From the IMG/VR virus record IMGVR_UViG_3300011646_000014, positions 1 to 64,000 of that record: a DNA stretch of 64,000 nt; one strand, 5' to 3'. This document shows positions 40,401 through 47,795 of the stretch, piece by piece. Every line of letters begins with the position of its first letter. The first letter of the stretch is position 1. The translations under genes and the position numbers were made by a program. Below the pieces are notes generated by a model, which was given only the letters and a program-made list of their open reading frames with translations, was not told the DNA's origin and did no database searches. This stretch comes from an uncultured virus (IMG/VR IMGVR_UViG_3300011646_000014). Lineage: Duplodnaviria > Heunggongvirae > Uroviricota > Caudoviricetes.

Positions 40401-41052
40401 GATTGGTATAAGCATCGGCAGTATCAGCGAGTTCTTTCAAACCCAAACCCACACCGATTGTGGCCATCGCTCCCACAAGTGCGGTATAGCTTGTTTTTAA
40501 TCCATTTATTCCTGATTTGGCCTCGTCCACTGCACCTGATGTTTTTTCAGTTGCGGCGTTTGCTTTATCTACAGAGTTTTTAAACCCTACAAAAGCCTGA
40601 TTCGCCTGCTCAACCTCTTTTTCCAATGCATCAACTTTGGCTTGTGCGTTGGCTATATCTTCAGGCGTGGCTTTTGTTTTAGAGAATTGTTCAAGTTTCT
40701 GTTTTGCTTGAACTAGATCAGCATTTAACTGATCGATGGCTTTTGAGCTTTTATTACCAAAATCTTTAAAGTTATTGGCTGCTTCACCCGCTTTATCACC
40801 CGCACCATCAATGATTTGAGTGGCTTTGGTTAGGGATAAGGTTAAGCTGTCGGCTAATTCCTTGGTGCCTTTTGGAATTAGATTTTCTATAACTTTTGCA
40901 GTTTCAGCACTTGATGCCTTTAATTGGTCGGACTGTTGTTTGATTTGGTCGAAGAATGATTTGACTGCATCTTCTGATTGCTTCGTATTGTTGACAAGGT
41001 TCTTTACATCAGCATCCATCACCAATTTAAAAACGAGTTCTTTATTTGCCAT
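37420..41052 (-). CDS. Tail tape measure protein (1210 aa)
   Basis: QLSQALQSGVLRGDEFNSIMEQAP tape-measure motif; Ala-rich coiled coil. Confidence 0.93.
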   Translation of the reverse strand: MANKELVFKLVMDADVKNLVNNTKQSEDAVKSFFDQIKQQSDQLKASSAETAKVIENLIPKGTKELADSLTLSLTKATQIIDGAGDKAGEAANNFKDFGNKSSKAIDQLNADLVQAKQKLEQFSKTKATPEDIANAQAKVDALEKEVEQANQAFVGFKNSVDKANAATEKTSGAVDEAKSGINGLKTSYTALVGAMATIGVGLGLKELADTADAYTNLSTRVQIATKDGGNFQQAMAGVHQVALATNSSLEATGTLFTKINDVGKQIGLTQQQSLDLTKTINQAIQIGGGSAQASEAAITQLSQALQSGVLRGDEFNSIMEQAPGLSSSMAKGLGVTTGELRKMAENGELTSERVIKAIQSQAASIQKTYDQFPATIGNALQRISTQWEILIGEMNQSSGASETAAQALMVIADNLGIIKVFFDDISDGWMAFVSDVEGGIDSTTITAFKDAISSAYDAVKELVATGYQLGKTIVDEIGTSITATLSIFSSFTGGVTEAGEQVSFLTRIGQGLSITFGFVADGLTALNIALKLSTAAFFDMAGAANKVLAAVTWGDVSKQFAANADLMKEKAKQYYAEADKSAQDFQSKGMQRLKEASQSESERNADSVASTKAAMEQIFAAKQTEATNAKKLEADKLDAVQAYAEAAIKANGGVMDGTMQADLIAKGYIVTLDNSGKVAVQAGLSAEQAADKAAKKEEALKVAKENVQKADETLLEFQKKAAVDRAALEIQIARAKQTGDLTELKSAQDKLNAIDLREAELTKARNLRAAEYDKINTGSGQVAENAYSRASAAAKLFGVDLDASLNKVSKSFTEGGNNLNDLSNKLTQAGITGKQAGDVLYQAWEQWLAKAQSQAEIDAAKAKMVEFEKQGVFSTKQVELGTAAISRAMQKLPDDIDPVEQAFERLGIKTKEQLQLAAQSALADFSTIQASGKATADQLKAAYERTMQAAVASGDQATIAAAKAKAASLGLNVTIDDTGKATVQTYDEMNRAADEHANKVSNDVTNAYREMGQVAREEAKDTITAWNDAMAAKSKADAENKTQRIGKEFTTYNLSDVQSKLTSMGYDEAEAAKLAKSIFAQATSVDKSKAMEARQSGGVYGDYYAKAYEDLINKGQTSIFGTQKIEALLAKAMTDTLTASVKNKSVDVNKLAPNVDVSTPTTNIEQPTSKTVKLEFNMNGQTAEVYTSEDNASSVEKMLREMEMLKKGM

Positions 41053-41129
41053 GGCTTTCTCTTATTTTGGGTAATAAAAAAGGGCAACAATTAAAATGTC
41101 ACCCTTTAGGATTTATTGATTCGCATGGT

Positions 41130-41657
41130 TTAGTTCAGGTTTTCAAATAGGCATGGCTGAATCTGGCGATCCACATTGGCAATAGCGGTTTCAAGTACAT
41201 CTCGTTGTTTTTTCCATTGAGATAAGCCCCGACCACATGCACTGGCTATATCTTTCTCACATTCCAGTTTTGCATTTAATGCTTCACGCTTCTGGATTAA
41301 AGAAAAATAATCAGTCTGCAAGAGAGTGCGTGCCTCAAAGAATGCTCGAACCAATGCTTTCTTGAAAGAAATAACTCGCGGACTATTTCTTAATAATGTC
41401 ATTAGAAAGGTGGCTTGCTGCTCATCTAATATTGCGTATTCTGTGGCTTTGGCATATCCACCGTGTTGTAAAGGCTCACCCTTTCGGATTTCAAATCTGA
41501 TAGGGCCAAGATCTGCAAAGTCAGGACGATAAGTTCTAACCAACTTGATGACGCTGGCATGCTGTAATCCAAGTCCAATCGCAATTTGTAATGTTGTTGT
41601 ATAAGGTTTTGAATCCTTAACATCAACAAGTTTTACAGGGTTAAATTTCGCATTCAT
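41130..41657 (-). CDS. rha: Rha-family phage regulatory protein
   Basis: TTLQIA.GLG.QHASVIKLVR...LDEQQATFLMT...FKKALVRAF; AAGGAG RBS. Confidence 0.85.
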   Translation of the reverse strand: MNAKFNPVKLVDVKDSKPYTTTLQIAIGLGLQHASVIKLVRTYRPDFADLGPIRFEIRKGEPLQHGGYAKATEYAILDEQQATFLMTLLRNSPRVISFKKALVRAFFEARTLLQTDYFSLIQKREALNAKLECEKDIASACGRGLSQWKKQRDVLETAIANVDRQIQPCLFENLN

Positions 41658-41737
41658 TTAAATCGCTCCTTACATTAAAACAAATACCTGAATGCAAATT
41701 CGATGGCATTTGTCATGGTTTGCCATATTTCAGGCAT

Positions 41738-41767
41738 TAAAAAAGCCGACTTGTTAGATCGGCTTCG
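41738..41767 (-). terminator. Terminator/attenuator in the rha leader
   Basis: AAGCCGA-TCTAACAAG-TCGGCTT followed by TTTT. Confidence 0.65.
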
Positions 41768-41802
41768 CTTGGTTAAATCTTAAATCTTGTCAATAGGGTT
41801 TG

Positions 41803-41817
41803 GAATCCTTACAGGGG
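41803..41817 (-). promoter_or_regulatory. CCCTGTAAGG box upstream of rha
   Basis: CCCCTGTAAGG, with TAAGAT 24 nt downstream. Confidence 0.55.
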
Positions 41818-41868
41818 TAATGCTGTCAACAGACAAATACTCCCTGTAGGTGTTGACATTTGGGCATT

Positions 41869-41891
41869 AAAAAACCACCCTAAGGTGGTTT
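41869..41891 (-). terminator. Terminator after the antirepressor
   Basis: AAACCACC-TTAG-GGTGGTTT followed by a T tract. Confidence 0.75.
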
Positions 41892-41906
41892 ATGTTTAGT
41901 TGCGTC

Positions 41907-42728
41907 TTATTTAGCTAAGTACCATTCCATTGTGTGCAATGGCTGACCGCCTAACTTATCATAATGCGTTAATCCAGAACCCCATGCAAAGCGATTTAGA
42001 GCATTTGCAGATGTCGCCATTTCTTGAGCCATGCCAACAACTTGAGCAGCAAATTCACTCCGCAAAAGACTTAATGCGGGATATAAATCATCACGAACAA
42101 ATTTACCGAATTTAGGTGCATAGTACATCAGTGCTTGAACATCAGAATTTTTCCAGTATTCGTTTCGAGTTTGCTTATCAACATTACTATAAAGCGCGAT
42201 CAAATGATGAACATACTCCACGGCGACGGGTATCGCATCGTAAGGAATTTCTTCAATGTGATCTACACCAAAACGCTGATGAATCAACTTCCATGCTTCA
42301 TTTACATTCAGATGCTTTGTTTTGGTTACCAACAAAGCATGGGCTTCATGCAGTGCTGTACGTTCTGATTTGTGGGTTTTAGCAACTGGTGCGCCAACCT
42401 CTTTGTCCAGAACATCAAGTACCCATTTTCGGAACAATTTTGCAATTGCTGTTTTTGCAAAAAAACCAATTGCATGACAACCACGAGTATTAAAAACTCG
42501 AACCTCTTTTACAGAGTTTCCATTGCCAAAACCCTTGACACTCAAATTGAGGGTCAAGGTCATATTGCTATTAAACTCGTCTTTATTACGCTCATAGATT
42601 TGAGTGATAGCATCTGACTTTGCATAACCAAGTGCTTTAGCTAATTCGCTTGCTGTTAACCAAATTTGACCATCACGCTCTATTGGCGAAAAATTTACAT
42701 CATTAAAACTTAGTGCTAGACTACCCAT
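41907..42728 (-). CDS. ant: Antirepressor (Bro-N domain plus P22 Ant-like C-terminal region)
   Basis: IWLTASELAKALGY...VRVFNTRGCH...AKLFRKWVLD; HQRFGVDHIEEIP. Confidence 0.85.
   Translation of the reverse strand: MGSLALSFNDVNFSPIERDGQIWLTASELAKALGYAKSDAITQIYERNKDEFNSNMTLTLNLSVKGFGNGNSVKEVRVFNTRGCHAIGFFAKTAIAKLFRKWVLDVLDKEVGAPVAKTHKSERTALHEAHALLVTKTKHLNVNEAWKLIHQRFGVDHIEEIPYDAIPVAVEYVHHLIALYSNVDKQTRNEYWKNSDVQALMYYAPKFGKFVRDDLYPALSLLRSEFAAQVVGMAQEMATSANALNRFAWGSGLTHYDKLGGQPLHTMEWYLAK
42694..42722 (+). promoter_or_regulatory. Antisense promoter inside the 5' end of ant (Psar-like)
   Basis: TTTACA-17 nt-TAGACT. Confidence 0.65.
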
Positions 42729-42793
42729 GGTTCATATCTCACAGTTATGACTTCAATCAAGCTCCGCATCCGCCAAGATTCAGGGGCTTTTTT
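42729..42793 (+). ncRNA. Putative sar-like antisense RNA (~65 nt) covering the ant RBS
   Basis: Lies between the promoter above and an AAGCTCC...GGGGCTTTTTT terminator; same layout as P22 sar. Confidence 0.6.
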
Positions 42794-42807
42794 GTTGTCT
42801 ATTGATT

Positions 42808-42957
42808 TCATGCTTTCGCGTTTTTTCTATTTTCTATTAATAATTTAACTGCTTCATTCAAGAGAAACACAATTGAGCGCTTTTCTAGATCAGCAATACT
42901 CTTAAGTTCTTTATGCAAATCGCTTTCTAAACGACCTTTCACATATACAACTTCCAT
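42808..42957 (-). CDS. Arc-like ribbon-helix-helix repressor (49 aa, absent from the ORF track)
   Basis: MEVVYVKGRLESDLHKELKSIADLEKRSIVFLLNEAVK; GGAGA RBS; upstream of ant. Confidence 0.8.
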   Translation of the reverse strand: MEVVYVKGRLESDLHKELKSIADLEKRSIVFLLNEAVKLLIENRKNAKA

Positions 42958-42972
42958 AATTTTCTCCATATC

Positions 42973-43034
42973 CCCACATTGGGTACAAATAAATAGTACC
43001 CATTTTGGGTCTATTGGTCAATACCCATAGTGGG
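42973..43034. promoter_or_regulatory. Pant-like promoter and three CCCA-N3-TGGG operators
   Basis: Minus strand TTGACC (43021-43016), 17 nt, TACTAT (42998-42993); palindromes start at 42973, 42999 and 43024. Confidence 0.75.
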
Positions 43035-43066
43035 GTTATTATTTGTTTTATTTCGGTCAATTTTTT

Positions 43067-43336
43067 ATGAGTGATGATCAGTTAGAAGTTGTAACCCTTA
43101 AGGTTCGTGTTTCGCCTGAATTCAGGGAGCAAATAGTAGCTACAGCAAAAGAGAATAATCGCTCAATGAATCAGGAAATTGTTTCCCGACTCGAAGATAG
43201 TTTTAACCCCAATTCGGAAATGGATGAATTTATTATATTCTTAGAAGAATCACTCAAAGAAAAAACCGATAATGAATCAAACAAGATACTCGTTAGTCTT
43301 TTGAAAAATTGGCTAAAATTTAAAAAAGCACCCTAG
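43067..43336 (+). CDS. Arc/Mnt-family repressor, divergent from arc-ant
   Basis: LKVRVSPEFREQI...AKENNRSMNQEIVSRLE Arc signature; likely start ATG 43067. Confidence 0.88.
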   Translation: MSDDQLEVVTLKVRVSPEFREQIVATAKENNRSMNQEIVSRLEDSFNPNSEMDEFIIFLEESLKEKTDNESNKILVSLLKNWLKFKKAP

Positions 43337-43344
43337 GGTGCTTT
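43322..43344. terminator. Bidirectional terminator
   Basis: AAAGCACC-CTAG-GGTGCTTT between convergent genes. Confidence 0.65.
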
Positions 43345-43347
43345 AGT

Positions 43348-43812
43348 TTATAAACTGATTTTTCTTTCTTGATCATCCAGCTCATCAAGATAATTATTAA
43401 CCTGCTGTCTGAACTCCAATGGCCTTGCAATATATGGAATTGGGGCATGGGAACCACCAACACCCTTGACCACAATAGAACCAAAGTTAAAGATCCGACC
43501 AAGTATACCTTGATGCACACCAAGACTTTCAACACGATTAACTTTTAATTCAATTGTATTACGGCGAATTAAGCCAGACTTCGCAATTATTCGTCTATTT
43601 GTAAGAGCCAATTCAGTTGTGATTACATGTATTGCAGCAATAGCAATCAAAACACCACCCACCACCACACCAACCAAGCTTTTAGAACCAAAAGATGAGA
43701 TGATGAATAGAACACCAAACAGCAAATACCAAAATTGCGATAACCAAGTTACTTGCGCTTTTACGATTACTTTCTCATCTCTGGCAAGGTTTTCTTCAAT
43801 ATAACTACCCAT
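43348..43812 (-). CDS. Membrane protein with bacterial PH domain (bPH_2-like)
   Basis: 2 TM, then ELALTNRRIIAKSGLI...VESLGVHQGILGRIFNFGSI. Confidence 0.85.
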   Translation of the reverse strand: MGSYIEENLARDEKVIVKAQVTWLSQFWYLLFGVLFIISSFGSKSLVGVVVGGVLIAIAAIHVITTELALTNRRIIAKSGLIRRNTIELKVNRVESLGVHQGILGRIFNFGSIVVKGVGGSHAPIPYIARPLEFRQQVNNYLDELDDQERKISL

Positions 43813-43910
43813 GAAATACTCTTATTTGTTTTAAGATAAATTTAATATTTATCCAGTTTAACCAAAACAGCATATTTATCAAAGCAATAATTTATTTTGA
43901 TGTTTTTACA

Positions 43911-44402
43911 TTAACTACACTTGGTTTTCCAAAGGCTGTTCATAATATTGGCTGTATAAATGGAATCATTCGCATCACTTTCTATCGCGACAGTTCCATC
44001 ATCAGGAAAGTAAATATAACGACTGAATCCAACATAACCACCCATGCGGTTTTTAGAATTAACCTCACCACAATAGCCATTTTGATTTCTAAATTTAGCT
44101 GAATCAGGATCCAGTAATTTTTCTCTAACCTTTGTTTCAGCCAATGTGATTTGCGCCTTCTGACTCTCACTTTGTTTTTGTGCAACAAGTTGGTTTTCCT
44201 TGATGCGACTTAATTCAGCTTGAGCTTTTTGCTCCGCAATATCTTTTTTTGCCTGAACTTCAGCAGCTTTTTCTTGGCTAATCTTCTGCTTATAGGCAAT
44301 TTCAGCTTGTTTTAAGCGCTCTGAATCTGCTTTATTGTTCTGATGTATAAAATAAAATATGCCAACTACTAAAGCCACAACACCAATAATCCAATATTTC
44401 AT
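43911..44402 (-). CDS. Single-pass membrane protein (moron)
   Basis: N-terminal TM, coiled coil, and LLDPDSAKF...CGEVNSKN.MGGYVG domain. Confidence 0.75.
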   Translation of the reverse strand: MKYWIIGVVALVVGIFYFIHQNNKADSERLKQAEIAYKQKISQEKAAEVQAKKDIAEQKAQAELSRIKENQLVAQKQSESQKAQITLAETKVREKLLDPDSAKFRNQNGYCGEVNSKNRMGGYVGFSRYIYFPDDGTVAIESDANDSIYTANIMNSLWKTKCS

Positions 44403-45082
44403 TCTTCTAACATGCTCCCACAAAAACGACACTTAATAGCCGTTATTTTTATTTTCTCAGAACAAAAAGGACAGTCTTTTAATGCCGTCTCATTCTCGTT
44501 CGATTTGTTTTCGGCGTAATAACTAAAAGCGTCCTGAGCTATTACAGGTTTGTTTGGGCTGTTTTCACGGCTTATCACTGGCGTAGGTTCAACAAAAGTC
44601 TTTTGTTCTACAATTTCAGAATCCTTAAATGGCTCAAAATTTTTCTTATCTTCTCGTAAAATTTCATCTTCTGCATAAAAAGCAGTGAATATCAATATCA
44701 GACTAGCAACAACCAATACAGCCCAACCTGATTGAAGCTGAACAGAATCCACAATAGTGTGTGCCAAGCCTGCAAAGGGATTATCTTTTAAAGTGGTTGC
44801 CATTTCTTTCTTTGTGCTATGAAAGATGCTCACAAAGCGATACAGCATAAATAGCAGTATCGCCAAAGATATACCGCCAGTTAAGGCCAAGGCACGAAAT
44901 TGACGCATGAAAACAACAACAATAGAAACAATGGATAGCCCAATAATCACATACCCATTGGCACTTGCTAACATATTAATTGTTCCCATGATTGGAATGT
45001 TAGCAACTGGCATAAACACACCAATAAATAGCAATAAAGCTCCAACCACCCCAATTGTTTGCTGCCTATCGAGAGTCATCAC
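44399..45082 (-). CDS. Multi-pass membrane protein with C-terminal zinc ribbon
   Basis: About 4 TM; CPFC...AIKCRFCG. Confidence 0.8.
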   Translation of the reverse strand: MMTLDRQQTIGVVGALLLFIGVFMPVANIPIMGTINMLASANGYVIIGLSIVSIVVVFMRQFRALALTGGISLAILLFMLYRFVSIFHSTKKEMATTLKDNPFAGLAHTIVDSVQLQSGWAVLVVASLILIFTAFYAEDEILREDKKNFEPFKDSEIVEQKTFVEPTPVISRENSPNKPVIAQDAFSYYAENKSNENETALKDCPFCSEKIKITAIKCRFCGSMLEE

Positions 45083-45363
45083 TTATTCTCCCATAGAATC
45101 TTAACAACCCTTCCTTGGCATAAAATCACCGTATATTGCTGCAAATCAATGTCATATTTATATTCAGTTGCAGCGCAGTAGAGTCGACCATCATTTAAAA
45201 CGTAGAATCGCGGCTTTGGTCGTCCCATTTTATCAATAAGTGATGACTCACTATCACCCAATGAAACCAATTGGCCTGATGGTGTTCGCATTGCATTGGT
45301 TGTTCGGTCTGCAAATGCTAAAGTTGAAAATAATGCTAAAGCTAAAATAAGAAATTTGTTCAT
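45079..45363 (-). CDS. Secreted DUF2845-like protein
   Basis: Signal peptide ending AFA; LVSLGDS...KMGRP; GGGGA RBS. Confidence 0.7.
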   Translation of the reverse strand: MNKFLILALALFSTLAFADRTTNAMRTPSGQLVSLGDSESSLIDKMGRPKPRFYVLNDGRLYCAATEYKYDIDLQQYTVILCQGRVVKILWENK

Positions 45364-45438
45364 GTTATCCCCCTGTTTTTGAGGAGAATAACACATAAAC
45401 AAAGATTTTAATTTACACTAATCCGTGAATTTTCAAGA

Positions 45439-45789
45439 TTATTCACAACTGATATTTAGCTTCTGTTTATAGTAATCGATAGCCGATTTTAACTCTTTAT
45501 CCAGTTTTCCTTTGGAATATTCATTTGGCTGTAATTGAATAAGTGCGGGTGCGTATTCATCATTGTAGGTTGTTGGCCAATCAACACAGATAATTTTCTT
45601 TTGCTCAATTGGATCTGTTTTGGGGTTGTCCAGTTTATCTAAGTACCCAGAAATCTTCTTGTCAGATTGTTCAAACTGAGCCTTGTAATCAATAGACTCG
45701 GGTTTAGTTTCATGCTTTTGTCCTGAATCTTTATCGCATCCAGTCAGACTTAATATTGAAACTGCTATGAGCAAAATTTTAATTTTCAT
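45439..45789 (-). CDS. Lipoprotein (moron)
   Basis: Lipobox LTG-C. Confidence 0.8.
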   Translation of the reverse strand: MKIKILLIAVSILSLTGCDKDSGQKHETKPESIDYKAQFEQSDKKISGYLDKLDNPKTDPIEQKKIICVDWPTTYNDEYAPALIQLQPNEYSKGKLDKELKSAIDYYKQKLNISCE

Positions 45790-45798
45790 ATTATTAAA

Positions 45799-46341
45799 TC
45801 AAATTAGTTTCTTAGAATGATCTTCTAAAGTATTAATTATATCAAGACCATTTACCACAATCATATCTATTCTTTCTGCATCAATATGATCAATATCATT
45901 TTTGATATTAAGGTCTACATTTTTTAGCAAAAGCGTCTCTTTTAAAAGAGAGTCTTGATAATCAAGCAAGCACTTCTCAACATCAATTTTAACCTTTTCC
46001 CACAAATATCTGCCTGTTACAGAGTAGTAGAAAAAATTAATTGGATTTCCATATGGGAAAGCTTCAATCTGCGCATTTAGGTAGTCTAAATGGTTGTTGA
46101 CTTTTGCTCTTAAAATTAACAAATCAGCAAGATTTTTAATTTCTGCATTTTCGTTATCACTTAAAAATAATTTTTCTTTGATACCAAATTCAATCGAAAA
46201 ATCATTAATTTTTATGATTTCGTCAGAAATGTTTTTCAAAAACCTCATCTGCAAGCGCATATGTATTTTTTGCAAAATAAGGTATAGACCACCAAGAGCG
46301 CCTACTATTTTGAATATCCATATGAGATGTTCTATTACCAC
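45799..46341 (-). CDS. Hypothetical protein with N-terminal TM (third gene of the GHKL-STAS operon)
   Basis: 180-aa AT-rich ORF starting 12 nt after the STAS gene. Confidence 0.65.
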   Translation of the reverse strand: MVIEHLIWIFKIVGALGGLYLILQKIHMRLQMRFLKNISDEIIKINDFSIEFGIKEKLFLSDNENAEIKNLADLLILRAKVNNHLDYLNAQIEAFPYGNPINFFYYSVTGRYLWEKVKIDVEKCLLDYQDSLLKETLLLKNVDLNIKNDIDHIDAERIDMIVVNGLDIINTLEDHSKKLI

Positions 46342-46353
46342 TATTAATCCAGA

Positions 46354-46689
46354 TTAATTCTTTAGTTTAATATTTTCTGCATCTTTAATATATTTCCAAA
46401 CCATGTCAACCAATGCAGGTCTTCTTGGAAAATCTAAAACCAATATATCTCTCAATTCCGAATAACTGAATCCATGATCTCGGACAAGACCTCCAAATGC
46501 CTCTTCCAAGAAAGATGATCCATTCATAGAGACACCTGTGAAATCTATATAGATTTTTTCGCCATCATTAAGCTTGTTTAATCTTGGCAAAAGAACATCC
46601 TCACGAAAAGCTTCGCCAGTATATGTTCCGTGTATTCTATAGCGACCTGATGGTCTTCTGTAAAATTCCTTAGCTACACTTAAGTTCAT
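46354..46689 (-). CDS. STAS-like (DUF4325) protein
   Basis: GEAFRE...IDFTGV...SSFLEEAFGGLV. Confidence 0.85.
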   Translation of the reverse strand: MNLSVAKEFYRRPSGRYRIHGTYTGEAFREDVLLPRLNKLNDGEKIYIDFTGVSMNGSSFLEEAFGGLVRDHGFSYSELRDILVLDFPRRPALVDMVWKYIKDAENIKLKN

Positions 46690-46707
46690 TTCAATCTCTT
46701 CTAAACC

Positions 46708-47721
46708 TTAACAGTGCTTACTAACATCAATACTAGAATTGTTTAATGGTATTAACCATGACACAATTGTACCATCTACAACTGTTTTGTAATTTTGTTT
46801 TTTATACCTATTTTCATCTTGCACACCTTTCGCCCAATAACCTTTTCTGCTATGAACCATCATTACCGAGCCTTTAATTTGATCACATACAGCTTTCATG
46901 TCCTGAAAACCTTTTCCTCTGTTGGGCATTTCAGTTGCAGTTTTCTGATATTCAGTCGCAATCTCGATCTTTGAGTCATCTTTAAGCCGCCCCCAAGATT
47001 CAACATTAAAAAACCGCTCTAAAGTTCCATCTGTAATTTTGGTTGGAATAGTTTTGGGAATCGTCCGACCTAAATCAGAGATAATAACGCTACATCTATC
47101 AGGTGTAATTGATAAAAATAAATACCATTTTTTATATGTATCACTTAACTCGTATGCATGATTAACGACATTTATCACAGCCTCACCTATAGCTGTATTG
47201 ATTACGTCAAATGTTTCTGAATCCTCCCCAAATTTATCTTTTAATACATTTTCGATTTCATCATAATCATCGCCAAAATCTGCATTTTCACCTGAGAAAG
47301 TATACCAGCGCTCAACTAGATTGTGAGAAGACTGTAGCTCATCAATATTCATACGTTTATAGATTTTTAGCTTGCTCAACATACCTGACACAACAGTATT
47401 GGAAGATGACCTTCCACGACAGATTACTGTAGGGTGTTTATCTAAAATCTGATGAAAATGAATAGTAGCCATTGGAGTCAAAGATTTGACATTAGTAAAA
47501 TCGAAGTACGGTCTTAAATTGGCGTTATCATGGTACTTTACAGCATTTATCGCCCTCATAGTTTCGTGCCTATAAGAACTGTTGCCCAAATCAAAACATT
47601 CAGGCATAGGAACGTGAACATATTTATGTTTGGGGGTAGCTCTGGTTTTTGAGCCCATTTTCCGTAATTTAATATTTTTTCTAATCTGTATTTCAATTTG
47701 ATGATAAATTTGTTTTTTCAT
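46708..47721 (-). CDS. GHKL/HATPase (anti-sigma kinase-like) protein
   Basis: N box EAVINVVNHA, G1 SDLGRTI, G2 NRGKGF, G3 GT.V; STAS-like N-terminal DFTNVK. Confidence 0.82.
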   Translation of the reverse strand: MKKQIYHQIEIQIRKNIKLRKMGSKTRATPKHKYVHVPMPECFDLGNSSYRHETMRAINAVKYHDNANLRPYFDFTNVKSLTPMATIHFHQILDKHPTVICRGRSSSNTVVSGMLSKLKIYKRMNIDELQSSHNLVERWYTFSGENADFGDDYDEIENVLKDKFGEDSETFDVINTAIGEAVINVVNHAYELSDTYKKWYLFLSITPDRCSVIISDLGRTIPKTIPTKITDGTLERFFNVESWGRLKDDSKIEIATEYQKTATEMPNRGKGFQDMKAVCDQIKGSVMMVHSRKGYWAKGVQDENRYKKQNYKTVVDGTIVSWLIPLNNSSIDVSKHC

Positions 47722-47752
47722 AAACTTTTTTGAAGAACTTCTTAAGCAAAAG

Positions 47753-47781
47753 AATATACATATTTAATTTTAGGCATTCAA
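47753..47781 (-). promoter_or_regulatory. Sigma70 promoter of the GHKL-STAS moron
   Basis: TTGAAT-17 nt-TATATT, 31 nt upstream of the ATG. Confidence 0.6.
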
Positions 47782-47795
47782 TCACTTATCTTCAT

